A stretch of 64,000 nt of DNA from a virus: the IMG/VR virus record IMGVR_UViG_3300005289_000004, positions 1 to 64,000 of that record; one strand, 5' to 3'. Position 1 is the first letter of the stretch, and each line of letters starts with the position of its first letter. Under the pieces are notes generated by a model, which searched no databases, was not told the origin of the DNA, and worked only from the letters and a program-made list of their open reading frames with translations. The position numbers and the translations under genes are program-made. This document shows positions 18,691-29,233 of this stretch, one piece after another.

Positions 18691-20073
18691 TTAAAATCCT
18701 TGTATTGTTTTCTTACCTGTTGACTTAGGGGCTGTTTGTTTTGGTGTTGATTTGGCAGTTGTACTTCCTGCTGTTGCTGGTTTAAAAGTTGACAATGCTT
18801 GCGCTATAGATTTAGAGTTTTTAACGTTAGCTGGTAATCTATCATAAGGAATGAAATAATCATTAGCCACACCATCCTCTGCTAGCCTAACATGTATAAC
18901 TGGTTTCCTAACCACATTATTAGGATTGTTTCTAGCAAAATTAGGTTGTGCTATAGCTCCTGCAAGTGGATTTTTCCCTTGACCTTTTGCTGGTTTAATA
19001 AATGGTGCGTTAGTTATACCCACTACTTCATATCTGCCAGAAGAAGGTAACGGCTCATTCAAAGGTTTACCTGTTGCTAGGTCTATTGACTGACTACCTG
19101 CAAAATTCTTATTAGGGATAGATAGCGGTACATATTCATCTAACTGTACACTTCCTTTACCGTCTGCAAATGGAAGATTAACTGAGGTAAGACTGCCAAC
19201 TGCTGCGTTACTTCCTGAACCAGATTTAGCTACAGCAGGGATAACATCTCTGAACCTGTCTTTAACTTCGCCCGGTTTAAACGCACTATATAACTCTTGA
19301 GTTTTCTGTACAAGCAATTGATCTGGCGTAACACCTAGTTGTGCAGCTTGCGTATCAAAAATATTACGGTACTTACTATCATTATTATACTGCCAGCTAA
19401 GTGCTGTCCCTACAGTTTCTGGTGTTAAATTAGTTGTGGTTATTTTATCTCCTGTCAAAACACGACCGTCCATACTACCTTTACCGTACGATGTAGTTTT
19501 ACCTGCTTTGTTAACAAGAGTATTCATCAGTTGTGACTCTTCGTTATTTAGGTAGCTGGTATCAGGTTGAGTGTAGTTGGCAAGGTTGTATGCTCCCAAG
19601 TCTATTTCATCAGTTGGTGTTTTATCCAGTTTTTGAAGTCTAGCTTTAGCATCAGAAGAAACTAATCCTGTACTTCTTGGGTCTGCTATAAAGTCGTATG
19701 CTTTGGTGGCAATTTTACCTCTTTCTTTACTGGTAGTTATAAACTGTTTAGTCTCGTTAATGTCTTTCTCCAACTGCATTCTTAGCTTTAACCGTTCTTC
19801 CCTACTTGACGCTTTGTTAGCTTGATAGTAAGTGTCGTAAACTTTAGTGAGTCTGCTGTTTAATTTATTTACATCTACCTGTTGTATGCCATTAGGGTTG
19901 ATGTTTTTAATTAAAGTAGACAGTTCTTTTTGGTCGGCTGCTTGTTGTTTAGCTAATGCTTGCTGTTGTGATACTATTCTCTCTTGGTTAGCTTGCCACG
20001 CTTTACCTATTGTTCCGAAGAACGCACCCAACACGGCATCTCCTCCTCCATTATAATCTTGTGGTGTTGCCAT
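18691..20073 (-). CDS. Internal virion/ejection protein
   Basis: Position between ejection genes; Gln/Ala coiled-coil N-terminus. Confidence 0.55.
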   Translation of the reverse strand: MATPQDYNGGGDAVLGAFFGTIGKAWQANQERIVSQQQALAKQQAADQKELSTLIKNINPNGIQQVDVNKLNSRLTKVYDTYYQANKASSREERLKLRMQLEKDINETKQFITTSKERGKIATKAYDFIADPRSTGLVSSDAKARLQKLDKTPTDEIDLGAYNLANYTQPDTSYLNNEESQLMNTLVNKAGKTTSYGKGSMDGRVLTGDKITTTNLTPETVGTALSWQYNNDSKYRNIFDTQAAQLGVTPDQLLVQKTQELYSAFKPGEVKDRFRDVIPAVAKSGSGSNAAVGSLTSVNLPFADGKGSVQLDEYVPLSIPNKNFAGSQSIDLATGKPLNEPLPSSGRYEVVGITNAPFIKPAKGQGKNPLAGAIAQPNFARNNPNNVVRKPVIHVRLAEDGVANDYFIPYDRLPANVKNSKSIAQALSTFKPATAGSTTAKSTPKQTAPKSTGKKTIQGF

Positions 20074-20076
20074 AGT

Positions 20077-20703
20077 TTATGCGTAAAGTCCTTGTTGTCT
20101 GCCGTTAATTGGTGCAAACGGGTTGTATTGTAGTCCTGCTTGTCCTTGCGTTGATTGTTGTTGTCCTCCTAAACCACCTCCCATAGCAATTGCCGTTGCG
20201 CCACCGATGCCATTAAAGATATTTTGTACACCTGCATTTCTCATAGATGCCACTTGCTGTGCTGTCCTTAGGTACGGTTGTGCTTTATTCCAGTTCCAAA
20301 CTCTTTGCTGTTCTTGAGCTAAAGTTTGATTCTGTTGCATTGAAAGTATTTGATTCTGTCTACGTGCCTGTTCGTCCTGTATATTCAGATTTGTGGTGGC
20401 TTGGTTAGCTTGCCTAAGTAAACCAGCAACTGGTATATTTCTTCCTGAACGTGATGCCGAGGCCAGTATAGTAGAGAGGTTGTTCTGATTCTGTTGTAAG
20501 GCGTTATTATACTGAGTATTTGATAACCCAATTTGTGCCATATTTCTAGCTTGTGCTGCGTTTTGAGCCAAAAGTGAGTTAACTTGTGCTACAGGTAATT
20601 GATTATTCCTTTCCAACGCGTTTGCCCTCGCCCCCTGAAACAATCCGTATGCGGAGCCGAGTAGGTTTGCGCCAATTCCGAGTGCAGCTAAAGGTAATGC
20701 CAT
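20077..20703 (-). CDS. Ejection (pilot-like) protein
   Basis: Gly-rich hydrophobic termini, Gln/Asn-rich core. Confidence 0.6.
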   Translation of the reverse strand: MALPLAALGIGANLLGSAYGLFQGARANALERNNQLPVAQVNSLLAQNAAQARNMAQIGLSNTQYNNALQQNQNNLSTILASASRSGRNIPVAGLLRQANQATTNLNIQDEQARRQNQILSMQQNQTLAQEQQRVWNWNKAQPYLRTAQQVASMRNAGVQNIFNGIGGATAIAMGGGLGGQQQSTQGQAGLQYNPFAPINGRQQGLYA

Positions 20704-20726
20704 ATTCTATGTTTTAAAGTATAAGG

Positions 20727-20757
20727 CAAAGATAGGCTTTAAGTTAACTGTATTTTA
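20727..20757 (-). promoter_or_regulatory. Putative late promoter
   Basis: TAAAATAC-N15-TATCTTTG. Confidence 0.7.
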
Positions 20758-20764
20758 AATAGGG

Positions 20765-21637
20765 TCACTCGTTGACCGTAGATACGTTTCCTTTTGTCAC
20801 AATTTTAAATAACTGTAGAGCTTGCGAACCATCTATTGTTGTTAATTCCATGCTGAGGTAGCGACCTTTGAGTCTATCTCCGTCAACAAGTCCTGTTATC
20901 TTATCCCTCAGAAACTCTGCATAATGTATACCCTCTTTACTGGTAAAATCTGCTTCTATTAAATCCGATACATGACCTAACTGAGTGGTAATACCGTCTG
21001 TTGTAGTTGCCATTATTATGTTGGAGTGGATAGCTACTGAACTCCAAGTCTTAACGTAGCCTGAACCCATAGGAAACTTAACGGTTGTTTGAAACTGTTC
21101 TCCGTAGAAGTTGTTGTAGTTACTGTTGTTCTTGTGAATCCATAACTGACCGTTCTTCCAAGTAAACAAATCTGTGAACATGCTAAAACCGTTCTCTGGT
21201 CTGTAGCTTCTAAAGTCAACCCACCTGTTTCTGTCCTCACTCCATATCACATTGAACTTACTGCCTGTGCTTACTTCTTCTCCTTCTTTCTGAATATTTA
21301 GCACCTCTATTTCGAGATAACCTGTTCCCCAGAATGTCAGTTTCTGGTTAGCTTCTGTTGTGGAGATTTCTACTGTTACATCTTGTACAGTTGTGTACGT
21401 AAACAAAGGTGTATCAAATCCTAAGCTAAGGCTTGGTGAGTTAGAAGCTGCTATAATTCTAAAACTTATAGTATAGTTGGTATCCTCATCAAAAGGATAA
21501 GTAAGCAGTTTTAACGGTGTATTGTTATTACACGGATAATGAATAGCTTTAGTACCATTAAGCTCCCATGATCTGTCATTTAACAGTTCTTGAAAGTTTA
21601 TAAGTACTGGTTGATCTTCTACAGTTTTAATATTCAT
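20765..21637 (-). CDS. Tail muzzle/stabilisation protein, C-terminal portion
   Basis: WSEDRNRWVDFRSYRPE..FTWKNGQLWIH..NNFYGEQ..KEGIHYA..GDRLKGRYL, typical of crAss-like muzzle C-termini. Confidence 0.7.
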   Translation of the reverse strand: MNIKTVEDQPVLINFQELLNDRSWELNGTKAIHYPCNNNTPLKLLTYPFDEDTNYTISFRIIAASNSPSLSLGFDTPLFTYTTVQDVTVEISTTEANQKLTFWGTGYLEIEVLNIQKEGEEVSTGSKFNVIWSEDRNRWVDFRSYRPENGFSMFTDLFTWKNGQLWIHKNNSNYNNFYGEQFQTTVKFPMGSGYVKTWSSVAIHSNIIMATTTDGITTQLGHVSDLIEADFTSKEGIHYAEFLRDKITGLVDGDRLKGRYLSMELTTIDGSQALQLFKIVTKGNVSTVNE

Positions 21638-21837
21638 TACTTGCTCCTTTTGCTTTTTGGTACGTATCTCTTATAAATACCGTCTACTATTTCTATAACC
21701 CGATATATAGCACCTGAATCGTATGGCACTAAGTTATTCAAATTTTCCTGTCTTTTAGCACAAGGGTTGCAGTCTTTTTCTATTCCAACTGCTCTAAGCC
21801 CTGCCTTAACTGTATCTCCTAATCCTCTCTGTTTCAT
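21637..21837 (-). CDS. Small conserved phage protein
   Basis: RGLGDTV..GI..DC.PC.KRQE.LN.LVPY motif. Confidence 0.6.
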   Translation of the reverse strand: MKQRGLGDTVKAGLRAVGIEKDCNPCAKRQENLNNLVPYDSGAIYRVIEIVDGIYKRYVPKSKRSK

Positions 21838-23189
21838 TAGGGATCTACTCTATTAAATACAAAACTATAATATGAACCTACGTGATAAAGTGGGTCATTG
21901 GTTGAAGCGTTTATAGTTATAGTGTGATCTCCAATTGTTAATGGGTAACCGCTTGGATATAAGTTTGTTGACACCACAGGCCCCATCTCACAACCAAGAC
22001 TTCCACCAGGACTCGTTGCTGAACCTATTTCCACCCCATCTATAAATATAGTCATTTGTTCAAAAGTACTAGCTTGTTTCTCGGCTAAACCTTCCCAAAT
22101 AGCCTGTATCGCTTGCGCAGTCGTTACGTTAATACTTACTGTTGCTGTTGCACTTTGAGTTTTATCATTTGTTCCTCCCGGACAATTGGCACTATCCTCC
22201 CAATTCACCCTTAGTCCATAACCACCTGCTGAAACGCTCCAAAATGCAGGGGTAGGTATTGAAGGGAAAGATGTTTGATCATACGTTCTTGTAGCAAGTA
22301 TACTTCCTGCACCTGTGTCAGTGAAACTCCACGGGGTATTAAAAGTGAATGACGGTAACGGTTCTTCTTCTGTACAGTTTCTATGTTCTTCTGAATCTGC
22401 GTAAGCCTGTCCGTTATCTTCTATATCCTGTAGTGCGTCTGCGTTAGCTTCTTCTTTAGTCGCTGCTGTATAAGTATCTGCTGGCACAGTGTACGTTACA
22501 GTTCCCCCTACAAATCCTTCTGGACAGTTACTAACGAAATCTTGACTTTGTAAATCATTACCTATTACTGGCGCAGCACCATGTTCTAATCGTATTATAT
22601 CACCATCAAGAACATTTTCCGCTAAAGCTGTGTCTTTATTTAAAGCGAACTGAGCATTCGTTATATACGCTGGGAAAGAAGTGCTACTAGACCCTAAAAG
22701 CGTACCGTTGCGGTATATTCTTGACTGTTTACTAGCAGCCGAAGTGATACTATTTGCGGTCAAATACGATTCTATCCTTGATATATAGCTATCAGCAGGT
22801 ATTGTTATGGATGTTGAATAAACTCCTCCTCCTCTAGTAACAGTTGATGGAAACCATAAACCACCTAACACATCCGAAACCTGTAAGATGCGTACACTCA
22901 TTCCTCTGCTATCCATAGCTTGATACCTTGCGTCTATAAAATCGGGGTAAATCACGACTTCAAATATAAAGGTTACTGTATCTGTTGGAGTGGCGGGTTT
23001 AGTGGTTATATTAAAATCAGTGCTATACCCTCCTACTGTTAAGGTAGCAGTAGTGGTTGTGCTGTTGACGGCTGAACTATCTCTTCTTACCTTTACAACG
23101 TCTCCGTTTACCACAGTTCCTGCAACTGATGTGTACGCATCTGTATTCTTTTTATACTCTCCGTTAACTATACTTATTGGTGTTGCCAT
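21837..23189 (-). CDS. Tail-associated protein: partial Ig-like repeat, DUF5977-like domain, beta-rich C-terminal domain
   Basis: N-terminus completes the repeat begun by the upstream gene; NCPEG..VTYTVPA..EEANADA..NGQAYAD. Confidence 0.65.
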   Translation of the reverse strand: MATPISIVNGEYKKNTDAYTSVAGTVVNGDVVKVRRDSSAVNSTTTTATLTVGGYSTDFNITTKPATPTDTVTFIFEVVIYPDFIDARYQAMDSRGMSVRILQVSDVLGGLWFPSTVTRGGGVYSTSITIPADSYISRIESYLTANSITSAASKQSRIYRNGTLLGSSSTSFPAYITNAQFALNKDTALAENVLDGDIIRLEHGAAPVIGNDLQSQDFVSNCPEGFVGGTVTYTVPADTYTAATKEEANADALQDIEDNGQAYADSEEHRNCTEEEPLPSFTFNTPWSFTDTGAGSILATRTYDQTSFPSIPTPAFWSVSAGGYGLRVNWEDSANCPGGTNDKTQSATATVSINVTTAQAIQAIWEGLAEKQASTFEQMTIFIDGVEIGSATSPGGSLGCEMGPVVSTNLYPSGYPLTIGDHTITINASTNDPLYHVGSYYSFVFNRVDP

Positions 23190-23227
23190 AAACTTCGTTT
23201 TTTTTTACAAGGTGACCATCTTTAAAA

Positions 23228-26200
23228 TTATATTACTAAGGTAACTGCATTAGATTCATACGTTGTACTTAACTCTGCGTTAGTGACTGCTGTGAATGTA
23301 AATGGATTAGGGTCTATACTGTCTTTTGTAGTTATTGTAAAACTTGTTGTGTAGCTGCTTACTGTTACATCAACCGTCACTGCTGTGCTATAAGCTGTAG
23401 AACTGTTTCTTCTTAGTTTTAAAACATCTCCTACGTTTATTGTACCTGTTGTAGATACCCAACCGCCTCCGTTTATTTGGTATTGTCCTCCAACTACCGA
23501 AATAGATACTGGTACGTTAATTCCGGCTATAGTAGCCCCATTCGACGTTTGAAGGGTATTAAGATTAGCATTAGTAACAGGAGTAAATGTAAACGGAGTT
23601 GGCGTTGTAACTGGTATTTTAGTTACGGTTGTAAAAGTACCTGTTTCTGTTGCGATAGTTAGTGTGGAATATGCCGAATCCCCAGCAGTTGCAGAAGTCA
23701 GGTGTCTTACTTTAACCACATCTCCTGCACTTACTAATCCTGCTGATGAAGTCCAAGCTCCGCCGTTTATCTGGTACTCACCTCCTGCTGAAATACTTAT
23801 AGGTGCTGGAACATTATTTCCTGCTACTACTATTTCATTTGATTCCACTAAGACTCCGCCTGTTTGATCGGTTAGGGTTATGAAAGAAAATGGATTTACT
23901 TCACCGTCACCCTCCTCTACCTCTATACAAGCAATTTTGGTAATTAGGGTAGCACCATCCATAAAAGTAATACTTACTGCATCGTCTCCAAAGTAACCTG
24001 AATCTGGTGTGTAAAGTATATCTCCTGACTCATTTGTAGCTGTTCCGTTGTCTGGTTGCACTAAGGTTACGTCTGCTAAAGTTTTAACATAACTGTCTCT
24101 GTATTCCCATTGCTGTGAAGTAAAGCTAATTACTTTGATTTCTCCATCGTTGTTGGTTATAACAAAGTTTAGCTCGTTGTTAAAGTCGTCAAATATCAGT
24201 ATAATTTCTTTAGGTTCTACACTTTTTATCAGATCATGGAAATACTTAGACATCTTAGTGTCAATAATGGTTAGCCCATTTCTTCCAAACTTACAAGGAT
24301 AGCCGTTGTTGTGGTCTACGAAATAAATATCCCCCTTGTTTGAAACTGTTATTGCACGTTTAGCAAGTCCTGTTCCTATATTTCCTACGCTGTACCTTAC
24401 ATTATTTAACAGTTTATCACTGATAGTTAGCTGATCTTGTTCGGCTTGTGTAGTTATGATTGCCATGTTAACTGGAATAGAAGCCACTTTAAGCTCCTGT
24501 AAAGCTACCAGTATGTTATCACTCATTACCAGTTTAGTAATAGCTCCATATATGGAAGTAGTCTCTCCCGGCTCATCTCCGTAGATTCTAGCTCCGTAAA
24601 ACTTATTGATGGTATTAGTCAAGCTACCGATAGAAGATGGCTCTGAGTACCTTATACTGGCCTTACGTCTAACCTTTCCTACTTCATCGTTGTAAGTACG
24701 ACCTCTTCCTGCACTCCAATACCTACTCGCATACTCATCAGAGAAGTTAAAGTCTTCTACAGGGAAAGCAAACACATCATTTGAACCTTCTACATTTGAT
24801 CTAAACTTGCGGGGTTTAAGGTAAGCATCAACTGCGTTTATAGTCCCTGCTGTTACTGAGTATTCTCCATCTATAATATCAAACTGCTCACCTATTTCAT
24901 AAAATATTTTAGTCTCTACAGATTCAAAGTTGTTTTTAGGTGTGTATATCTCGATTAGTATTTCATTCTCTAAATCCGACACATCTATGATGTCTGACTT
25001 TTTAATCTTCAACAGATATTTAATAGGGTCTGCTTCTACTTCGGGAGCTTTAATCTCAAAACCCGCCACAGGTAAATCGATAGCTGGCGTATTAAACCAT
25101 TTAACTACCTCCCCTGAACTATCAAAACTATTTATTAAAATAACCCTGTCTGTTGGTGTGTAATCGTAAGCTACTGCACTATTGGCCAGAAAAGCCATGT
25201 TAAGGTAAATAAACTCATCGTCACTTTCATCAACATCATACAGAGCTGTAGCATATAACGTGTTTAAGTACTTAGTGTTTTCAGATATACCCCACTGATA
25301 ACTTACTGCACCTTCTGGCGGCGTTCCTTCTATACTCCATCCAATCTGCGGTACTTTACCTTCACTTACTGCATAAGACGGTGTGTTGGCTACGTAGTTG
25401 CTTCCTGTAATAATTGGGAAATACCTGCCCTTGTCATCAAAGTGGAATAGGGTTAGCTGATAACTTGTGTTAGATTTAACTATGTTTTTAGTCAACCCAT
25501 TTACATCCCCCACATCTCCCCATACTACATCTACACCTTTACCTTCAAAATACGGTTTGGTTATGTAGAATACTGATATACTGCCATCTGAGTTATACAC
25601 CTTTCTTTTATAAGGAATACCTCCACCACTTGTGGGGACAAATGAATAGTTAGGTAGTGTGTTTAAGAAGTTAGTTGTAAACGAGTCTAAGTCATTATTA
25701 TCTCCCGAATTTGCTGTATAAGGAAAATCTTCTGGTGTAGAAGGTCTGCCCCATAACTGATCTGTACGGAGGGTAACTTTGTCCCCTGCTCTTGGGTCTC
25801 CCCTAAAAATAACTTCTACTTGCCTACGATGCCCCCAACCTCTAGGAGCAGTATTAATCATACTAGCAGTAAAGTCTCTAGGGTCGGTTACTGATATGCC
25901 TAAATCTAACTGGGTAGTTCCAACTGATACTTGTACATTAGGGTCTTCTGGTCTGTCATAACCTTCATCTAAATCTGCAATAGCAAGTACATTACCATCA
26001 ATTACTTCTAAAGTCCCTGCGTTACGTGGTATAGCGTCATAAGGTTCATCTGTCTCTAAGGGAGGTATCGGTTCGTAGGCTCCATCGTTGTAGAATATAA
26101 AGGTGTATATTCCTGTTGTTGGGTCATATGCCTCTCTGACCTCATCCTCTAAATCTATTTCAGTAGGCAACGTGGTGAGATATTCTTTAGTAACTGTTTT

Positions 26201-27004
26201 TAAGATAAACCAATCACCTAAATTATACCTGCCAGCTATACTTACCTTTTGTACCCTATCTGAGTCAATAAAGGTTTCCAGTTGGATACCGTTTACTTTT
26301 CTTGGGTCATCTCCAATTTCATCTGTAGACTCTAATTCAGGAACTGTTCTTTTAGATATTGTTCCCCAACTCGATCTCATCAAATCGAAGTACTCATTTA
26401 AATACCTGAACTGAAATAGCTTTCCTTTAATTAGGTTAGCTGTTTTTACCTCATCATTTATGTAGGTGGCTTTGATCGGCTTTAAAGGTTGAGCTTTAAG
26501 TAAGTTGAAGTCATCTGCTGTAATGGGGTCTGGGTATTCTCCTGCTTTTAGTCTGGCAATATTGATACAGTAAATCATACCGCTTATACCATCAGTCATA
26601 ACAATGTACTCTTCCCTGTAAAGTTTAACGTCTAAGAAGAAGTGGTCAGGTTGTATGTTGAATAGTTGTACTCCACCTGTATCATCCAAATCAGTAAAGA
26701 TTGTCGAAAGTTGCAGAGTATCATAGTCAAATTCCAACAAAGTATGTTTTCCTGTTGAACTGTAATCTATCCCGTATGCTTTACGAATATTTTTAAATAC
26801 TCCTACACCGATATTAGCTGATAGCCCCTCTGGTAGTTCGTGTGCAATTAGGGTATTGCCCTGAATGTTCACACCAAATCCTTCGTCGCTTCCAGATGTT
26901 CCAGTTATCCTGTAGTTATGGCTTTCCTCATACTCTGTATTATTTAGGTAGTCTGGTGCATCCTCTGTATTTAAACCTCCGTTGGGTATCTTTATCTCTT
27001 GCAT
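23228..27004 (-). CDS. Tail muzzle/stabilisation protein (main part) with C-terminal Ig-like repeats
   Basis: GGLNTEDAP..Y N-terminus, FQFRY, YGAITKL..LQELKV, IYFVD; Ig segment YTPDSGYFGDD; 2.3 copies of a PFxF repeat. Confidence 0.75.
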   Translation of the reverse strand: MQEIKIPNGGLNTEDAPDYLNNTEYEESHNYRITGTSGSDEGFGVNIQGNTLIAHELPEGLSANIGVGVFKNIRKAYGIDYSSTGKHTLLEFDYDTLQLSTIFTDLDDTGGVQLFNIQPDHFFLDVKLYREEYIVMTDGISGMIYCINIARLKAGEYPDPITADDFNLLKAQPLKPIKATYINDEVKTANLIKGKLFQFRYLNEYFDLMRSSWGTISKRTVPELESTDEIGDDPRKVNGIQLETFIDSDRVQKVSIAGRYNLGDWFILKTVTKEYLTTLPTEIDLEDEVREAYDPTTGIYTFIFYNDGAYEPIPPLETDEPYDAIPRNAGTLEVIDGNVLAIADLDEGYDRPEDPNVQVSVGTTQLDLGISVTDPRDFTASMINTAPRGWGHRRQVEVIFRGDPRAGDKVTLRTDQLWGRPSTPEDFPYTANSGDNNDLDSFTTNFLNTLPNYSFVPTSGGGIPYKRKVYNSDGSISVFYITKPYFEGKGVDVVWGDVGDVNGLTKNIVKSNTSYQLTLFHFDDKGRYFPIITGSNYVANTPSYAVSEGKVPQIGWSIEGTPPEGAVSYQWGISENTKYLNTLYATALYDVDESDDEFIYLNMAFLANSAVAYDYTPTDRVILINSFDSSGEVVKWFNTPAIDLPVAGFEIKAPEVEADPIKYLLKIKKSDIIDVSDLENEILIEIYTPKNNFESVETKIFYEIGEQFDIIDGEYSVTAGTINAVDAYLKPRKFRSNVEGSNDVFAFPVEDFNFSDEYASRYWSAGRGRTYNDEVGKVRRKASIRYSEPSSIGSLTNTINKFYGARIYGDEPGETTSIYGAITKLVMSDNILVALQELKVASIPVNMAIITTQAEQDQLTISDKLLNNVRYSVGNIGTGLAKRAITVSNKGDIYFVDHNNGYPCKFGRNGLTIIDTKMSKYFHDLIKSVEPKEIILIFDDFNNELNFVITNNDGEIKVISFTSQQWEYRDSYVKTLADVTLVQPDNGTATNESGDILYTPDSGYFGDDAVSITFMDGATLITKIACIEVEEGDGEVNPFSFITLTDQTGGVLVESNEIVVAGNNVPAPISISAGGEYQINGGAWTSSAGLVSAGDVVKVRHLTSATAGDSAYSTLTIATETGTFTTVTKIPVTTPTPFTFTPVTNANLNTLQTSNGATIAGINVPVSISVVGGQYQINGGGWVSTTGTINVGDVLKLRRNSSTAYSTAVTVDVTVSSYTTSFTITTKDSIDPNPFTFTAVTNAELSTTYESNAVTLVI

Positions 27005-27010
27005 TGTATC

Positions 27011-27715
27011 TTAGCTTTTAAGGGACATTTTAACCGCCTCACGGGAGTTTTTATTCATCTGTGACTTAGTGATCTTCTTAATACGTAAACGTGCCTTAGA
27101 CTTCTCGTTATAGAACTGTCTCTCTTTATCTCGTTTCTCATTTATACCCATACGTCTGTCTCCTTTACTCCATTGCCAATCTATCCAAGTAAGTAGTGCT
27201 TCTTGTGCCAGTTCGTTTATTTCGTAGTCATCGCAGTTACCTGCTCCATTACTGATATATTTTAGCACAAAAGTTCCTGTGTATGTGTTATCAGGACTTA
27301 GTATAATCCTTCTCTCTTTTAGGTTGATGTTGTAGTAGCCTATGTTGTTGTAGCTTCCTATACCATAACTGTAACCTCCGTTTGGATAAATGTCTTTTGT
27401 GTTGCTAACCTTATTGCTAGGGTCGCTTGTAATCAATCTGTCAAGTGAGGTAAAGTTAGTTGATCTGGTGTAGCTTTGTATTCCCCCGTTACCGTTATCT
27501 ATACCGAAATCTGCAATATTTAAAAAATCCTCTGGTAAGAAAATGGTCTTGTCGCTGTTAACCTCTAACCGTATTGTTTTAACCTGACCTGTAATATCCC
27601 AATTCAACTGTCTCCAACCTCTTACAGCTATCCTTAAAGCACGTGCATACTCAGATTTCCCGAGATTTGTTAAATCCAAAAATTGTCCTACTACTTCTGA
27701 AACAAGTATGTTCAT
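27011..27715 (-). CDS. Ring/tail tubular protein
   Basis: Synteny; IFLPEDFLN..VLKYISNG..ELAQEAL..KSKARLRI motifs of crAss-like ring proteins. Confidence 0.7.
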   Translation of the reverse strand: MNILVSEVVGQFLDLTNLGKSEYARALRIAVRGWRQLNWDITGQVKTIRLEVNSDKTIFLPEDFLNIADFGIDNGNGGIQSYTRSTNFTSLDRLITSDPSNKVSNTKDIYPNGGYSYGIGSYNNIGYYNINLKERRIILSPDNTYTGTFVLKYISNGAGNCDDYEINELAQEALLTWIDWQWSKGDRRMGINEKRDKERQFYNEKSKARLRIKKITKSQMNKNSREAVKMSLKS

Positions 27716-27724
27716 AATTTAATT

Positions 27725-28336
27725 TTAAAGGTGTACACCGTCATTTGCACGGTCTGCTGGTAATAATGGTACAAGTAATCTGTAAGCTGCTTCAAAAGCC
27801 ATATTTTCTACTTCACTTGGTAAGGTTAGGTCTGCATCGTCGTCAGCAGGTATACTGTACTTCTCTGTTACTAATACTTGAGCTTCTGTTACTTTCTTAC
27901 CGATGAAGTACGCTTTGTTATTTTCTTTATAAAAATAGTTGATACAAGGCAAGCTAGTTTGCAGTTTATTAATGAACACTTCTTCTGTTCTTAACGGTAT
28001 GTACATTGTAGCTACCCCTGATGCAGGGTTAACTGAGTTTATGTCCAAGAACCTGTTACCTGCTATGCTAATTGATTTACCTGTAACCGTTACATACTGT
28101 AACCCTTTGGTTGCGTCTGTTGATACTGTAGCTAGATATGAGTAGGCTATACTATCATCTCCGTACTTGAAGTCTTCTAAATTACGCTGTGCAAAATAGC
28201 TGTCTCTCATTGCTTGAGCTATCCCTGCTACTACGTAACCTTTAAGTTCCCGATATGTAAAACGACTATCGTCGCCTAAATTTCCTCCATCAACTTTACG
28301 CCAAACGCGATAAACAATTTCTTTTATTGAGGACAT
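27725..28336 (-). CDS. Ring/tail tubular protein
   Basis: Synteny and size; start MSSIKE. Confidence 0.6.
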   Translation of the reverse strand: MSSIKEIVYRVWRKVDGGNLGDDSRFTYRELKGYVVAGIAQAMRDSYFAQRNLEDFKYGDDSIAYSYLATVSTDATKGLQYVTVTGKSISIAGNRFLDINSVNPASGVATMYIPLRTEEVFINKLQTSLPCINYFYKENNKAYFIGKKVTEAQVLVTEKYSIPADDDADLTLPSEVENMAFEAAYRLLVPLLPADRANDGVHL

Positions 28337-29232
28337 AACTCCTCCTTCCATATAAAACCGTACGAAAACTCTCTTTTGCCTGTTGTTGCCTTGCTTATGA
28401 ACGAGGGGTCGAAGTTTAGTACCCTTCCTATTTCTGCTTTATTTTTAAAACTACCTATTAAATTCATATCTTTATCATACTGATTAATTCTAATTTTAGC
28501 TAGCACAGGGCGTTCAAAACTTTCCCCCTTAAAACGCCAAACATACCCTGAACAACCTTTAAATTTTCTTGCTGCACTTAAAATTTTCCAACTTCCCACA
28601 CCTACACTTTGTGCTGCCTTCTCCGCACTTCTAAAACTTTGTACATAAACACCTTCTTGGGTGTATTGGTCAACAGCTTTATACCTGTATAGGTTTCCCT
28701 CCACAACTTTATCTATATACTCTTGAGATAATATTCTGCCTTTACGTTTTTCAGAAGCACGTTTATGAACTTCTGGGTCTCTTTTCTTCATAGCATCAGA
28801 TATTTTAGCTTTAGTCTCAGGGGAAGCCTTTCTACCAATAGCTTTTTGTCTTAATTTTTCTTTTGTTTCTTCTGAGTGCTGTTTATTATTACCTGCTGGT
28901 TTTATATTGTATCCTATTTTTTTATCTAGTGACTTGTACTTTTCTACACAAGCTATTTCAATGGCATCTAGTAGCCCTATGTTAAATGTGCTATCTTTAT
29001 GAGGTTTAAAGTACATCAACGCTTCTACTTTAAAATTATCAAACCCATATTTTCTAATAGCGTTACTAATGCTCATAGTAGGATTATTCTTAGAAGCAGT
29101 TTTATGAGTGTTTAATCGTTTTCTTAAATTTAAAGATTGTCCTATATATATCTTACCATTAGGTGCAGTTAGCTTATATACTCCGCAAACTCCAAAAGGT
29201 ATATGACTTAATCTCTTATCAATCGGACTCAT
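28324..29232 (-). mobile_element. GIY-YIG homing endonuclease with NUMOD3/NUMOD1
   Basis: GVYKL..KIYIGQS..R; HSEETKEKLR, ASPETKAKIS; inserted between ring genes. Confidence 0.9.
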
Positions 29233-29233
29233 A

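Noticed and set aside
6340-27004. Diversity-generating retroelement or invertible shufflon at the tail fibres
   Set aside because: No reverse transcriptase, recombinase, TR/VR pair or inverted cassettes were seen.
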